In this document: piece by piece, positions 46,089 to 55,343 of the stretch | How the letters are laid out: each line of letters begins with the position of its first letter | How positions within the stretch are numbered: position 1 is the first letter of the stretch | Origin: a virus | Lineage: Duplodnaviria; Caudoviricetes | DNA length: 64,000 bases | Reading direction: 5' to 3' (one strand) | Virus record (IMG/VR): IMGVR_UViG_2974611271_000001 | Coordinates: 1 to 64,000 of that record | The notes under the pieces: generated by a model | Told to the model about the DNA's origin: nothing | The model's input: the letters and a program-made list of their open reading frames with translations, nothing else | The model's database searches: none | Made by a program: the position numbers and the translations under genes

Positions 46089-47850
46089 AGTCCTCGTCGA
46101 AAACGCTTGGGGCGTCGTTGACGGTCTCGACTATGAACGCTCGCGCGACATCGCCGAGCGTTTAAACACCGAAGTCGAGTTCCAAGGCACGCGCGTCCGT
46201 TTCAAGCCGACGCGATACGCGCTCGACCTCCTCGTGAAGGAGTTCGGCGCTGCGTCGTTTCATTCCGGTTGCCGGTTCGCGTGGGGTCACTTCTACAAGG
46301 ACACGCCGACGCAGGAGGTCGAGTTCAATTTCGTGACTCAGCCCTACCCGCACCAGCGCGAGTGGTTTTCGAACATCAAGGACCTCCCATTCTTCGCGCT
46401 CGAATGGGAAATGGGGCTCGGCAAGACGAAAACGATCCTTGACGTCTGCCACTGGGCATACTCGAAGGGCGACATCGACGCGATCTTGGTCGTCACGCTG
46501 AAAGGCGTGCACCGTAAGTGGGTCGAAAAGGAAGCACCTGCGCACCTGCCTCGCGGGATGTGGGACGGTGCGTTCTGGAAGCGCGCAATCGTGGACAACG
46601 GGATGTGGACGGGCGAGAACGCGCGCAAGCGCACGCCGATCATCGAGTCGAAGAAGCTGGCAATCGCCACTATCAACTTCGAGTCGTGTCACCGCGCGAA
46701 AGGCCTCAAATTCTGCGAGCGGTTCATGCGCCAGCGCAAAGTCGCGCTCGTGGTCGACGAATCTCATCACATCAAGACGCCCAGCGCCGCGACGACGAAG
46801 GCGCTCCTGAAACTCGGCAAGATGGCGAAGCGCCGCTACATCACGACGGGCACAGTCTCGACCGGCTCACCCCTCGACACGTGGTCGCAGTATTCCTTCC
46901 TGGATCCGCGCATCGTAAACAACTGGAAGTATTGGGCGTTCAAGGCCGAGTTCGCCGTGCAAGAACAGGTGGGCGACAAGACCTTCGAAACGTGGGAAAA
47001 GAACCCAGTCACGGGTCGTTCACAGAAAGTCGAGAAGCCGGTGATGGCTGTCGTCGGATACAAGAACGAAGACAAGCTGCGCGCGATGCTCGACCCGTAT
47101 CGGTCGCGCCTCCTGAAAGAGGATTGTCTCGACCTGCCGCCGAAACTGTATCGCATGAGGTCCTTCGAGATGACCGACGCGATGCGCAAGGCCTACATCG
47201 ACATGAGCACGGAGTTCCTGACCGAGTTCAACGGCTCGACGATGACCGCGTCCATGGCAATGGTCAAGCTCTTGCGGCTGCAGCAGATCACGTGCGGTTA
47301 CATCGTTCCCGACGACGTGGATCCGACGGCCGAAGACATCCCGGGCATCCCGATTGAGGAGAACAACCCGCGCATCGAAGCGCTGATGGAAGAGATCGAG
47401 AAGATCCGCGGGATGGGAGTGATCTGGTCCTACAAGCGCTATTGTCTGCGCGAGATCGCGCAAGCGCTGCGCTCTGCTTACGGAGACGCGTCGGTTGTCG
47501 AGTACCATGGCGGGATCGACGAGGAAACGAAAGCCGCCAATCTCCGCGCGTTCCACGAAGAGCGCTGCCGCTGGTTCGTCGGCAACCCGCAATCGGGTGG
47601 CACGGGCATCGACCTCGTGCAGGCTCAGGACATGATCTACCACGACAACTCCTTCAACTTGGGTCTGCGCCTGCAATCCGAAGACCGCATCCATCGGATT
47701 GGCCAGGAAGGCACTGCGTGCACCATCACCGATCTCGAGTGCCTCGGCACCATCGACCGGCTGCAACTTCGCTCGTTGAAGGACAAGCGAGACATCGCGG
47801 CCAGCGTGTCGGGCGATCTTCTAAAACAGTGGTTGACCGAGTCCGTCTGA
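46081..47850 (+). CDS. SNF2-family helicase
   Basis: EMGLGKT, VDESH.IK, TGT, GGTGIDL, QSEDRIHRIGQ. Confidence 0.92.
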   Translation: MPEVLVENAWGVVDGLDYERSRDIAERLNTEVEFQGTRVRFKPTRYALDLLVKEFGAASFHSGCRFAWGHFYKDTPTQEVEFNFVTQPYPHQREWFSNIKDLPFFALEWEMGLGKTKTILDVCHWAYSKGDIDAILVVTLKGVHRKWVEKEAPAHLPRGMWDGAFWKRAIVDNGMWTGENARKRTPIIESKKLAIATINFESCHRAKGLKFCERFMRQRKVALVVDESHHIKTPSAATTKALLKLGKMAKRRYITTGTVSTGSPLDTWSQYSFLDPRIVNNWKYWAFKAEFAVQEQVGDKTFETWEKNPVTGRSQKVEKPVMAVVGYKNEDKLRAMLDPYRSRLLKEDCLDLPPKLYRMRSFEMTDAMRKAYIDMSTEFLTEFNGSTMTASMAMVKLLRLQQITCGYIVPDDVDPTAEDIPGIPIEENNPRIEALMEEIEKIRGMGVIWSYKRYCLREIAQALRSAYGDASVVEYHGGIDEETKAANLRAFHEERCRWFVGNPQSGGTGIDLVQAQDMIYHDNSFNLGLRLQSEDRIHRIGQEGTACTITDLECLGTIDRLQLRSLKDKRDIAASVSGDLLKQWLTESV

Positions 47851-47885
47851 CCACGTAAAACCGCAACACTAACGGAGCAAAAACA

Positions 47886-48245
47886 ATGCCCAAAGTCTAC
47901 ATCGTCAACGAACCAGACGAGTCCCGTGTGCCTGCAGGCCACACATCGTGGGACACGTCGCCCGCCGCGTATTTCGGGGATCTCGTCTACGTGTTCACCG
48001 CCGACAACCCGCCGCCTGTGCGCGACCGGGATGCGGCATTCGAGCGCGCTCACGAAGTCCTCAGCGAGGCGACGTCCGACGACTTCCTCGTCTGGGCCGG
48101 AGGTGATCCTTTCGGCATGGTGATCGCTGCAGCAGTGCTGGCCGACTACACGGACGGTCAGTTCACCTATCTGATGTGGGACCGCATGGCGCGAACGTAT
48201 GCGCCGGTGCCTGTCGATATCTTCAACAACGGAGAACCCGAATGA
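47886..48245 (+). CDS. conserved hypothetical protein
   Basis: KVYIV.E...D.SPA..FG...DFL...GDP...L.WDR. Confidence 0.7.
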   Translation: MPKVYIVNEPDESRVPAGHTSWDTSPAAYFGDLVYVFTADNPPPVRDRDAAFERAHEVLSEATSDDFLVWAGGDPFGMVIAAAVLADYTDGQFTYLMWDRMARTYAPVPVDIFNNGEPE

Positions 48246-48787
48246 CCGACGAACTGATGGACGAACTCGAGGCCGACGGCGCAAAGCCCTCGACCGATCT
48301 CGCGGACGTGAAAGCGCTCGCGCACAAGCAACTCGAACTCGAGGCGAAGGTCGCCCGGGCCGAGCAGGCGTTGAAGGACGCGCAGAAAGAGCTGATGCAG
48401 ATCTCTGACCGCGACCTGCCCGCTGCGCTCAAAGCCGCGGGCATCCCGTCCTTCACGCTCGATAACGGGATGAAGGTCGCTTACAAGGAAGACCTGAAGG
48501 TATCCGTCCCGAAAAAGAACCTTCCGGCCGTCCTCAAGCACATGCGCGAGTGGGGCTATGAGGCGAACATCTCGACGACGATGACCATCGACCTCGGCAA
48601 AGGCAACGACAACGCCGCGAAGGCACTCGCACAGCAGGCGTCCGAGATGGGCCTCACCGCGAACGTGGATGAGACAATCGCCACGGGAACGGTGAAGAAG
48701 GTCCTGAACCAGCGCATCGACGAAGGCAAGTCCGACGACTTGTCGCTGTTCGGCGCGTTCCCATTCACCCGAGCAACGGTGAAATAA
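48242..48787 (+). CDS. conserved replication-module protein
   Basis: Coiled coil, LP......GI.SFTLDNG; precedes SSB-like gene. Confidence 0.7.
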   Translation: MTDELMDELEADGAKPSTDLADVKALAHKQLELEAKVARAEQALKDAQKELMQISDRDLPAALKAAGIPSFTLDNGMKVAYKEDLKVSVPKKNLPAVLKHMREWGYEANISTTMTIDLGKGNDNAAKALAQQASEMGLTANVDETIATGTVKKVLNQRIDEGKSDDLSLFGAFPFTRATVK

Positions 48788-48812
48788 ACCAGCCAGTAGA
48801 GGAGACCTTACT

Positions 48813-49700
48813 ATGGCTGCTTCGAAGAAAACCGAAGTCGCGCAAGCGAAAGAGGCGGGGCTTCCCGCCGAACTGATGGACGAACTCGCACTCGACGGTG
48901 AACAGCACCGCGAGACGATGTCCAAGGACGACATGTCCATTCCGTTCCTGGCCATCCTGCAGTCGCTGTCGCCGCAGTGCACGCGCGGCGAGGCCGAGTA
49001 CATCAAAGGCGCCGAACCGTCGGACCTGTTCGACACGGTCACCCAGCGCCTGTTCAAGACGCGCGACGAAGACGACAACGCGATCCCCGCGGAAATCCGC
49101 ATCATGCCGATCCACTACAAGCGGTCCTTCATCGAATGGGTCCCGCGCAACAAGGGCGGCGGCATGGTCCAGGAATACTCTGTCGAGGACGGCCTGTCGA
49201 TCAACACGGCTCGCAACGACATGAACCAGGACATCATCCAGGACGGCTCGCCGCTGGGCACGCCCGGCAACCAGCTGGTCGACACCCACACGCACTTCGT
49301 CTTCGTGATCCACCCGGATGGTTCGTTCGAACCGATGATCCTGGCGCTCTCGAGCACGCAGTTGAAGCCGTCGAAAGACCTCAACAACATGGTCTCGAAG
49401 CACCGGCTGCCCAACGGCGCGCAGGCCGCGCGCTTCTTCGGCGTGTACTCGATCACGACCCAGTTCCGGTCGAACGAGAAGGGCTCCTGGTACATCTGGA
49501 AGTTCGAGAAGGTGGACGACGTTGCCGCCAACAACGACCTCCTGCCGATGTATCGCGAGGCGAAGACCTTCGTCGAAGGCATCAAGTCGGGCGAGCACAA
49601 GGCCGACTACTCGAAGATGGACGGTGAAGAAAATCCTGGGACGGATGACGCAGCACCTGCTGATGGGGGTGGCGACGGCGACGAAGAGATCCCATTCTGA
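48813..49700 (+). CDS. ssDNA-binding / annealing-type protein
   Basis: DD..IPFL.ILQSLSPQ, FIEW.PR..GGG, STQLK.SK, acidic tail EEIPF. Confidence 0.7.
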   Translation: MAASKKTEVAQAKEAGLPAELMDELALDGEQHRETMSKDDMSIPFLAILQSLSPQCTRGEAEYIKGAEPSDLFDTVTQRLFKTRDEDDNAIPAEIRIMPIHYKRSFIEWVPRNKGGGMVQEYSVEDGLSINTARNDMNQDIIQDGSPLGTPGNQLVDTHTHFVFVIHPDGSFEPMILALSSTQLKPSKDLNNMVSKHRLPNGAQAARFFGVYSITTQFRSNEKGSWYIWKFEKVDDVAANNDLLPMYREAKTFVEGIKSGEHKADYSKMDGEENPGTDDAAPADGGGDGDEEIPF

Positions 49701-49718
49701 TCGTCGATTGATCGCCAG

Positions 49719-49745
49719 CGGGGCCGGCTCGTCCGGCCCCGTTTC
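49719..49745 (+). terminator. intrinsic terminator
   Basis: CGGGGCCGG-CTCGT-CCGGCCCCG followed by TTTC. Confidence 0.55.
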
Positions 49746-49762
49746 ATCAACAGGAGAACGGC

Positions 49763-51541
49763 ATGAACAACGCAGAACGCTTCGAGCGTCTGTTCGACGG
49801 ATACCGCAAGCGGTTCGGTCGATACGACCTCGCAGGACGCAAATCCGCAAAAGGCAAGGAAGAAGGCAAAGCGACGACGGTCGACCAAGAGCTGACGTCC
49901 GACCTCTACGGCAAGCACATCGAAGGCGAAGTCGGGATCGGTGTGATCCCGCTGCGCGCAGACAACACGGTTCACTTCGCGGCAATCGACGTTGACGTCT
50001 ACAGCGAGGAAGATCGCGAGAAGCGCAAGCTCACCCACGAAGACGTCGCGAGCGCTGTCGCGGATTCGCCTCTCATCGTGACGCGGTCGAAGTCGAACGG
50101 CGTCCACGTCTGGCTCTTCATGAAGAACGCGGTTCCCGCGCAGATCGCAATCGAGTATCTGCAAGGTGTCGCCGCGCGCCTCGGCGTCGCAGGCACTGAG
50201 CTCTTCCCGAAGCAGGTCGCACGTGCGAACGAAGGCGACGTGGGCAACTGGATCAACCTCCCATACTTCGGCGGCGGTCGCGTCGCGGTCATTCCTGAGC
50301 GCACCGAAGCCGGCACCGACCGCTACATCGAACCCGACCTCGAGCAGTTCCTCGAGATCGCTGAGGCCGCGGCGATTGACGCGACCGAGGAGTGGCTGGT
50401 CGCGAACACCGAAGCCGTGAACACCGACAAGCAGGACGAGGAGGCGGAGCTGTTCTTCGACGGGCCGCCGTGCCTGCAAACTCTGCTCGCAGGCTGGCCG
50501 AACCGTCGCGCGTCCATCGAACGCAAGTTCAAGGAAGGTGCAATCAGCGAGGACCAGTACAAGAAGCAAATGGCCTACACCTATCCGCAACTCGAGGAAG
50601 GCAACCGCGACAACACGTTCTTGAACGTCGGGCACTACATTCGGCGCCGCATCATGAAGTTCAACACCGACGCCGAAATGAGCAAATCCGAAAAGGAACT
50701 GCTGCTCGAGGAACTGCGTCGTGCGCACGACGTCTGGGGCATGAACAAGTATGGCAACGACTGGCTGGACCCTGCGTTTAAACGCAAGTACGGGATCGAA
50801 GGCGATCTGCCGCGCATCGCGAACCAGGCGTCGAAAGGAAAGTGGGGCTACGCTTGCACGAAGGAACCGCTCGTCGGTTTCTGCAATCGCCGCCTCTGCG
50901 TCAAACGCAAGTTCGGTGTCGGAACGTCGATGGCTGACATGCCCGAGTTGTCGGAATTCACCATCGTGTCGTCCGAGGATCGTCAGTACTACGTGACATG
51001 CCACAACGCGATGGGCCAACCCACGCGCGTCTACATCCCGGACGTCGAGACGCTTTACTCGCAGACGAAGTTCTCGCAGGCGATCACGAACCAGACCGAC
51101 ATGTTCTGGCGCACGATGCCCGCGCCGAAGTATCAGGAACTCATCGAAGGCATGATGAAGGACGCGAACGAGAATCGCCGCATCGTGCCGCCGCCCGCCG
51201 ACTCTGATCGTCGTCAGATTCTGATCTCAGCGCTCGAGGAGTTCATCGAGAACAAGAAGCTGCCCGCAGGCAAGAACGATTCCGCGATCCAATCGGGCCG
51301 CGTGATCATGGCGGAAAACGAGCTCGAGGCCTATTTCAAGCTCCAGCACTTCATCAACTTCCTGCGCACGAAAGGCATCGGGTTCCCACAACCCATCATC
51401 GCGAAGATGCTGACCGAGGACTTCAATCTGACCTACAAGACGAAGCAGTTCGCCAACCGACGCGTGCGCGTCTACGTCGCGAACATGGAACAGCTCGAGA
51501 TTCTTTCGACCGAAGGTTTCGAGGACGATGGGGAGGCTTAG
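49763..51541 (+). CDS. AEP-superfamily primase with PriCT-like region
   Basis: AAIDVD, RSKSNGVHVWLF, GNWINLPY, PPCL, EGNRDN, C...P....C....C. Confidence 0.8.
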   Translation: MNNAERFERLFDGYRKRFGRYDLAGRKSAKGKEEGKATTVDQELTSDLYGKHIEGEVGIGVIPLRADNTVHFAAIDVDVYSEEDREKRKLTHEDVASAVADSPLIVTRSKSNGVHVWLFMKNAVPAQIAIEYLQGVAARLGVAGTELFPKQVARANEGDVGNWINLPYFGGGRVAVIPERTEAGTDRYIEPDLEQFLEIAEAAAIDATEEWLVANTEAVNTDKQDEEAELFFDGPPCLQTLLAGWPNRRASIERKFKEGAISEDQYKKQMAYTYPQLEEGNRDNTFLNVGHYIRRRIMKFNTDAEMSKSEKELLLEELRRAHDVWGMNKYGNDWLDPAFKRKYGIEGDLPRIANQASKGKWGYACTKEPLVGFCNRRLCVKRKFGVGTSMADMPELSEFTIVSSEDRQYYVTCHNAMGQPTRVYIPDVETLYSQTKFSQAITNQTDMFWRTMPAPKYQELIEGMMKDANENRRIVPPPADSDRRQILISALEEFIENKKLPAGKNDSAIQSGRVIMAENELEAYFKLQHFINFLRTKGIGFPQPIIAKMLTEDFNLTYKTKQFANRRVRVYVANMEQLEILSTEGFEDDGEA

Positions 51542-53042
51542 GTCGACACTCATCCTGGGCGGTCCCGGATGCGGCAAGACGACCGCGCTGCTCAAGATCG
51601 TTGAGCAGGCGTTCTCCCGCGGCGTCGAACCGGAACGGATCGCCTTTGTCGCTTTCACACGAAAGGCGGCGCAAGAGGCGAGGGAGCGCATGAGCGAGAA
51701 GTTTGGGATCGAACCCGACCAAATCCCATACTTTCGGACTCTGCACTCCTTCGCTTTCTCATTCATCGACGCGCAGCGGTCACAGATCCTCGACGAGGAC
51801 AAGCTGCGCGAGTATGCGAAGGCGGAGGGCTTGCAGCTCTCCGCATCGTTCATCGACGACTTCAACCAGGCCGAACTCACTCCCCACACGCCCGACGAGC
51901 AAGCGCTTGCTGCCGCTGCTCTGTCGCGTCTGATGTGCGTCCCGTTCGACGACCTCGTGGTGAAGTACGACCTCGACCACGGGCACGCCACGAAGGTCGT
52001 CGCGGACTATGAGGAGTTCAAAGAGGACGCATCGCTGCTCGACTTCACCGACATGATCGAGCAGTTCGACGGTGCTGACCTGCCTTCGTTCGACTTGCTC
52101 ATCGTTGACGAGGCGCAGGACCTTTCGCGACTGCAATGGCGCATGGTCGAGCGCATGATTGAGCACTCGAAGGACGTGTACTTCGCAGGCGACGACGACC
52201 AGGCGATCTACGAATGGGCAGGCGCCGACGTGCCCTACTTCCTCACGCTCGATGCTGACCGCGAGGTCCTTCCCGTTTCATATCGGCTGAAACGAAACAT
52301 CTTCGACGCGTGCCAGAAGATGATTGCGCACTGCGACCACCGCTACGAAAAGGGCTGGCAACCGCACGCCGACGGCGGCGAAGTCGATCACGTCGCCTCG
52401 TTGCACGACCTCGACTTCAGCGAAGGCACCTGGTTCCTTCTCGCACGCACCAACACGCTAGTGCAGGCGTTCACGAAGCACATGCGCGACCAGGGGTGGG
52501 CGTATATCAGCCCGACGGTCGAAGGCATGAAGCCCTCGACGTCCGCGCCCGCGGTGCAAGCCGTCCTGGTGTTCGAAAACCTGAAGCGCGGTCGCACGTT
52601 CAAGGCCGATCAGGTGCAGAACATGTGGAAGCACGTTCGACCGAAACTGCGACCCGAAGCGATGCCAGCATTCCAGCTGGATCAGGACTACGGGATCGAC
52701 GACGTTGCAGCGACGGGGCTCTCGTTCGACATGAACTGGATGGAAGCGCTCGCAATGTCGTCGCCGATGCAGGCCTATATCCGGGCTATGCGCGCACGCG
52801 GGGAATCGCTTATCAAGAAGCCGCGCATCACCGTCTCGACGTTTCACGGCGTCAAAGGCGGCGAGGCAGACAACGTCGTGATCTGGCAGAAGCTGACATC
52901 GCGAACCTATCAACGGTGGATCGAGCATGATGACCAAGAAGTGCGCGCCATGTTCACGGCAATGTCTCGTGCGAAGGAACGGCTCATTTTTCTCGATGCG
53001 CCCACGCGCATCTCATACGGCATAGAAAGGTTCTTGCTATGA
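51528..53042 (+). CDS. UvrD/Rep-like SF1A helicase
   Basis: GGPGCGKT, AFTRKAA, VDEAQD, GDDDQAIY, STFHGVKGGEA, SRAK. Confidence 0.9.
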   Translation: MGRLRSTLILGGPGCGKTTALLKIVEQAFSRGVEPERIAFVAFTRKAAQEARERMSEKFGIEPDQIPYFRTLHSFAFSFIDAQRSQILDEDKLREYAKAEGLQLSASFIDDFNQAELTPHTPDEQALAAAALSRLMCVPFDDLVVKYDLDHGHATKVVADYEEFKEDASLLDFTDMIEQFDGADLPSFDLLIVDEAQDLSRLQWRMVERMIEHSKDVYFAGDDDQAIYEWAGADVPYFLTLDADREVLPVSYRLKRNIFDACQKMIAHCDHRYEKGWQPHADGGEVDHVASLHDLDFSEGTWFLLARTNTLVQAFTKHMRDQGWAYISPTVEGMKPSTSAPAVQAVLVFENLKRGRTFKADQVQNMWKHVRPKLRPEAMPAFQLDQDYGIDDVAATGLSFDMNWMEALAMSSPMQAYIRAMRARGESLIKKPRITVSTFHGVKGGEADNVVIWQKLTSRTYQRWIEHDDQEVRAMFTAMSRAKERLIFLDAPTRISYGIERFLL

Positions 53043-53641
53043 CATCAACGGTACTGCTCGACTGCGACGACGTTCTCCTGAACTGGCTCGACGGCTTCCG
53101 AAAATACGTCGCCGCGAAGCGTGGCGTCGAAATCTGCGAACGCGGCCCGACCGATTGGGTCATGGACGAGTGGCTTGGCACTGAGCCCCACGAAACCATC
53201 CAACTGATCGAGGAGTTCAACGCGTCGCCCGCGTTCGGCAAACTCGAACCCGTCGAAGGTGCGCAGGACGCCATCCGCATGATGGGCGTGATGAGCGACT
53301 ACCACGTGCGGATGCACGTGATCACCTCATGCTCGTCCGATTGGGCGACCGTCGAGATGCGCAAGACCAACCTGCGCGAGCACTACGGGTTCAACACGTT
53401 CGATTCCGTTCACTGCCTCGACCTCGGGCAGTCGAAAGAGTCGATCCTGCACGCGTTCGACGCACCGTGCTTGTGGATCGAAGACAACATCAAGAACGCG
53501 CTTCTGGGCGTGAAAGCCGGGCACCGCGTCGTCATGCGTCAGACGTCGCACAACGTCAGACACCGAGCGGACGCTGAGTCTGCCGGCATCGTCTGGATCG
53601 AACACTGGAACGAACTCAAACTCGGAGACTACTTCAAATGA
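53039..53641 (+). CDS. HAD-family 5'(3')-deoxyribonucleotidase-like
   Basis: LLDCDDVL, ITS, K, WIEDN. Confidence 0.8.
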   Translation: MTSTVLLDCDDVLLNWLDGFRKYVAAKRGVEICERGPTDWVMDEWLGTEPHETIQLIEEFNASPAFGKLEPVEGAQDAIRMMGVMSDYHVRMHVITSCSSDWATVEMRKTNLREHYGFNTFDSVHCLDLGQSKESILHAFDAPCLWIEDNIKNALLGVKAGHRVVMRQTSHNVRHRADAESAGIVWIEHWNELKLGDYFK

Positions 53642-54081
53642 AATACCGCTCGACCAAACTCTTCAAGGACCTCGGCCCTGTCGCATATCGTCAGTGGCGC
53701 GCAGATTCGCACTGCAACCTGATCCACGGCTACTCGCTGTCCTTCAAGTTCACCTTCGAGTCCGACGACCTCGACGCGCGCAACTGGGTCGTCGACTTTG
53801 GCGGTCTCAAGGAAGTGAAGGCGATGCTCGAGTCGCAGTTCGATCACACGCTCCTCGTTGCGTCCGACGATCCGCACCTCGACTGGTACAACGAGGCGCA
53901 CGAGCGCGGCATCGCGAAGGTGATGGAGTTCCCGGCGCTCGGGTGCGAAGCGATTGCCGACATGGTCTTCGAATGGATGGCCGACTGGCTCGCGACGGAC
54001 GGCGGCTACGGCGACCGCGTTCGCCTCGTGTCCGTAGAGGTCATGGAACACGAGAAGAATTCAGCGATCAGGATGGCCTGA
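53638..54081 (+). CDS. queD: 6-carboxy-5,6,7,8-tetrahydropterin synthase
   Basis: SHCNLIHGY, VVDFG.LK, FDH, E.EKNSA. Confidence 0.9.
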   Translation: MKYRSTKLFKDLGPVAYRQWRADSHCNLIHGYSLSFKFTFESDDLDARNWVVDFGGLKEVKAMLESQFDHTLLVASDDPHLDWYNEAHERGIAKVMEFPALGCEAIADMVFEWMADWLATDGGYGDRVRLVSVEVMEHEKNSAIRMA

Positions 54082-54105
54082 CCTCGACCCACCAGGTCGT
54101 CCTAG

Positions 54106-54147
54106 CGAGGTGCGCAGCCCGAAAAGGTTGCGCACCTCGTCCTTTTG
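54106..54147 (+). terminator. intrinsic terminator after queD
   Basis: CGAGGTGCGCAGCC-CGAAAA-GGTTGCGCACCTCG then TCCTTTT. Confidence 0.6.
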
Positions 54148-54153
54148 TGCGAA

Positions 54154-54186
54154 AAGCGACTCATCAACAGCGACTCAACGGAGACA
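54154..54186 (+). promoter_or_regulatory. 33-bp conserved leader AAGCGACTCATCAACAGCGACTCAACGGAGACA
   Basis: Identical to reverse complement of 25170-25202. Confidence 0.7.
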
Positions 54187-54191
54187 CGAAA

Positions 54192-54353
54192 ATGAACATC
54201 GAGCGCATCAACGCACGTTTCATCAAAAACCACGGCGAGATCGTGCGCACCTGGGACGAGACCCAGCGCGACTCGCAGCGCAAGGTCACCTACGCCGTCA
54301 CGATGTGCGAACATGCCGACGGCTTCAAACGCGTCTTGACCGTCGCTGAATGA
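54192..54353 (+). CDS. small early-type protein (53 aa)
   Basis: MNIERINARF... directly after the leader. Confidence 0.6.
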   Translation: MNIERINARFIKNHGEIVRTWDETQRDSQRKVTYAVTMCEHADGFKRVLTVAE

Positions 54354-54411
54354 TCTGAACAACCTCAACCGCGTGATCAACGCTTAATTCTGAACAACGG
54401 AGACCAAACCT

Positions 54412-55209
54412 ATGAAACAGTTCATCGCACATACTGACGAACCGAAAACCTTCGCCCACAAAAAGGGCGCGACGGCCGCGATCAAGCGCGACCTGAACAA
54501 GCACCACGACGCCTACGGCGATGTGCTCTACGACACTGGCTTCGACGTGAAGCCGACGGGTGACCGTTTCGGTGTCGTCGTTTACGTCGATCTCACGCCG
54601 ACGCAGGCGCAGGAACTTGTCGGTCCCGAACTCAGCGGCTACGTTATCGAACCTCAACTGAAAGAGGACGATCCGAAGGTGAACGCGAAAACCGACGAAC
54701 CGTCCGACACGAAAACCGACGAACCGTCCACGCCGAAACGCGTAAAAGGCCGCGTCGAGATCGAACCGTCGGGCTTGAACCTTGTGCCTGCACGTCACGG
54801 CTCGAAGCAGCAGCAGATCATCGAGATGCTTGCGCGGCCTGAAGGCGCGTCCATCGACGAAATGGTCGCCGACCTCGCACGTCGCGACGGCTCGAACTGG
54901 AAGCCGCAATCGCTCATGGCGGGCCTGTACCACCACTTCCCCCACAAGGGCTATGGCATCACGACGACCGAAGGCGACAACGGCGAGTACCGCTACCACC
55001 TCGTCTACCCTGAGGGCGTGACGACGTTCGCCGCGCCGCGGCGACCGCAGTCGCAGCAGACGAAGATCGACCGGATGCGCGGGTTCCTCGCGTCGCACGA
55101 AACCGACGGTGCAAAGAAGGTCGGTGAGCTGACCGACGACGCGCTGCTCGAGAAGTTCAAGAACGTGACCGCGCTCAAGGACTACGTCGAACGCATGGAC
55201 GACATCTGA
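54412..55209 (+). CDS. DUF3489-like winged-helix protein
   Basis: SKQQQIIEMLARPEGASIDEM....W.PQS; CAACGGAGA leader; KTDEPS tandem repeat. Confidence 0.65.
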   Translation: MKQFIAHTDEPKTFAHKKGATAAIKRDLNKHHDAYGDVLYDTGFDVKPTGDRFGVVVYVDLTPTQAQELVGPELSGYVIEPQLKEDDPKVNAKTDEPSDTKTDEPSTPKRVKGRVEIEPSGLNLVPARHGSKQQQIIEMLARPEGASIDEMVADLARRDGSNWKPQSLMAGLYHHFPHKGYGITTTEGDNGEYRYHLVYPEGVTTFAAPRRPQSQQTKIDRMRGFLASHETDGAKKVGELTDDALLEKFKNVTALKDYVERMDDI

Positions 55210-55217
55210 AGTCGCGC

Positions 55218-55246
55218 TTGACCGTTGATCGGTCAGAACTTAATGT
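55218..55246 (+). promoter_or_regulatory. sigma70-like promoter TTGACC-N17-TAATGT for queC-folE-queF
   Basis: Near-consensus hexamers; TGACCG-N5-CGGTCA palindrome overlaps the -35. Confidence 0.65.
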
Positions 55247-55343
55247 GATCGAAGGCGGCGCACTCGCGTCGCCTTCATTCATGCAACTGCGCGTTTAAAC
55301 GACGCGCGCCTGTGGTGGCTTACCAGGAAAGGAAAACCACACC

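Noticed and set aside
54686-54729. 20-bp tandem repeat (KTDEPS x2)
   Set aside because: Simple in-frame linker duplication
55247-55343. Canonical preQ1 riboswitch
   Set aside because: Lacks preQ1-I loop and A-rich tail consensus; kept only as a speculative leader structure
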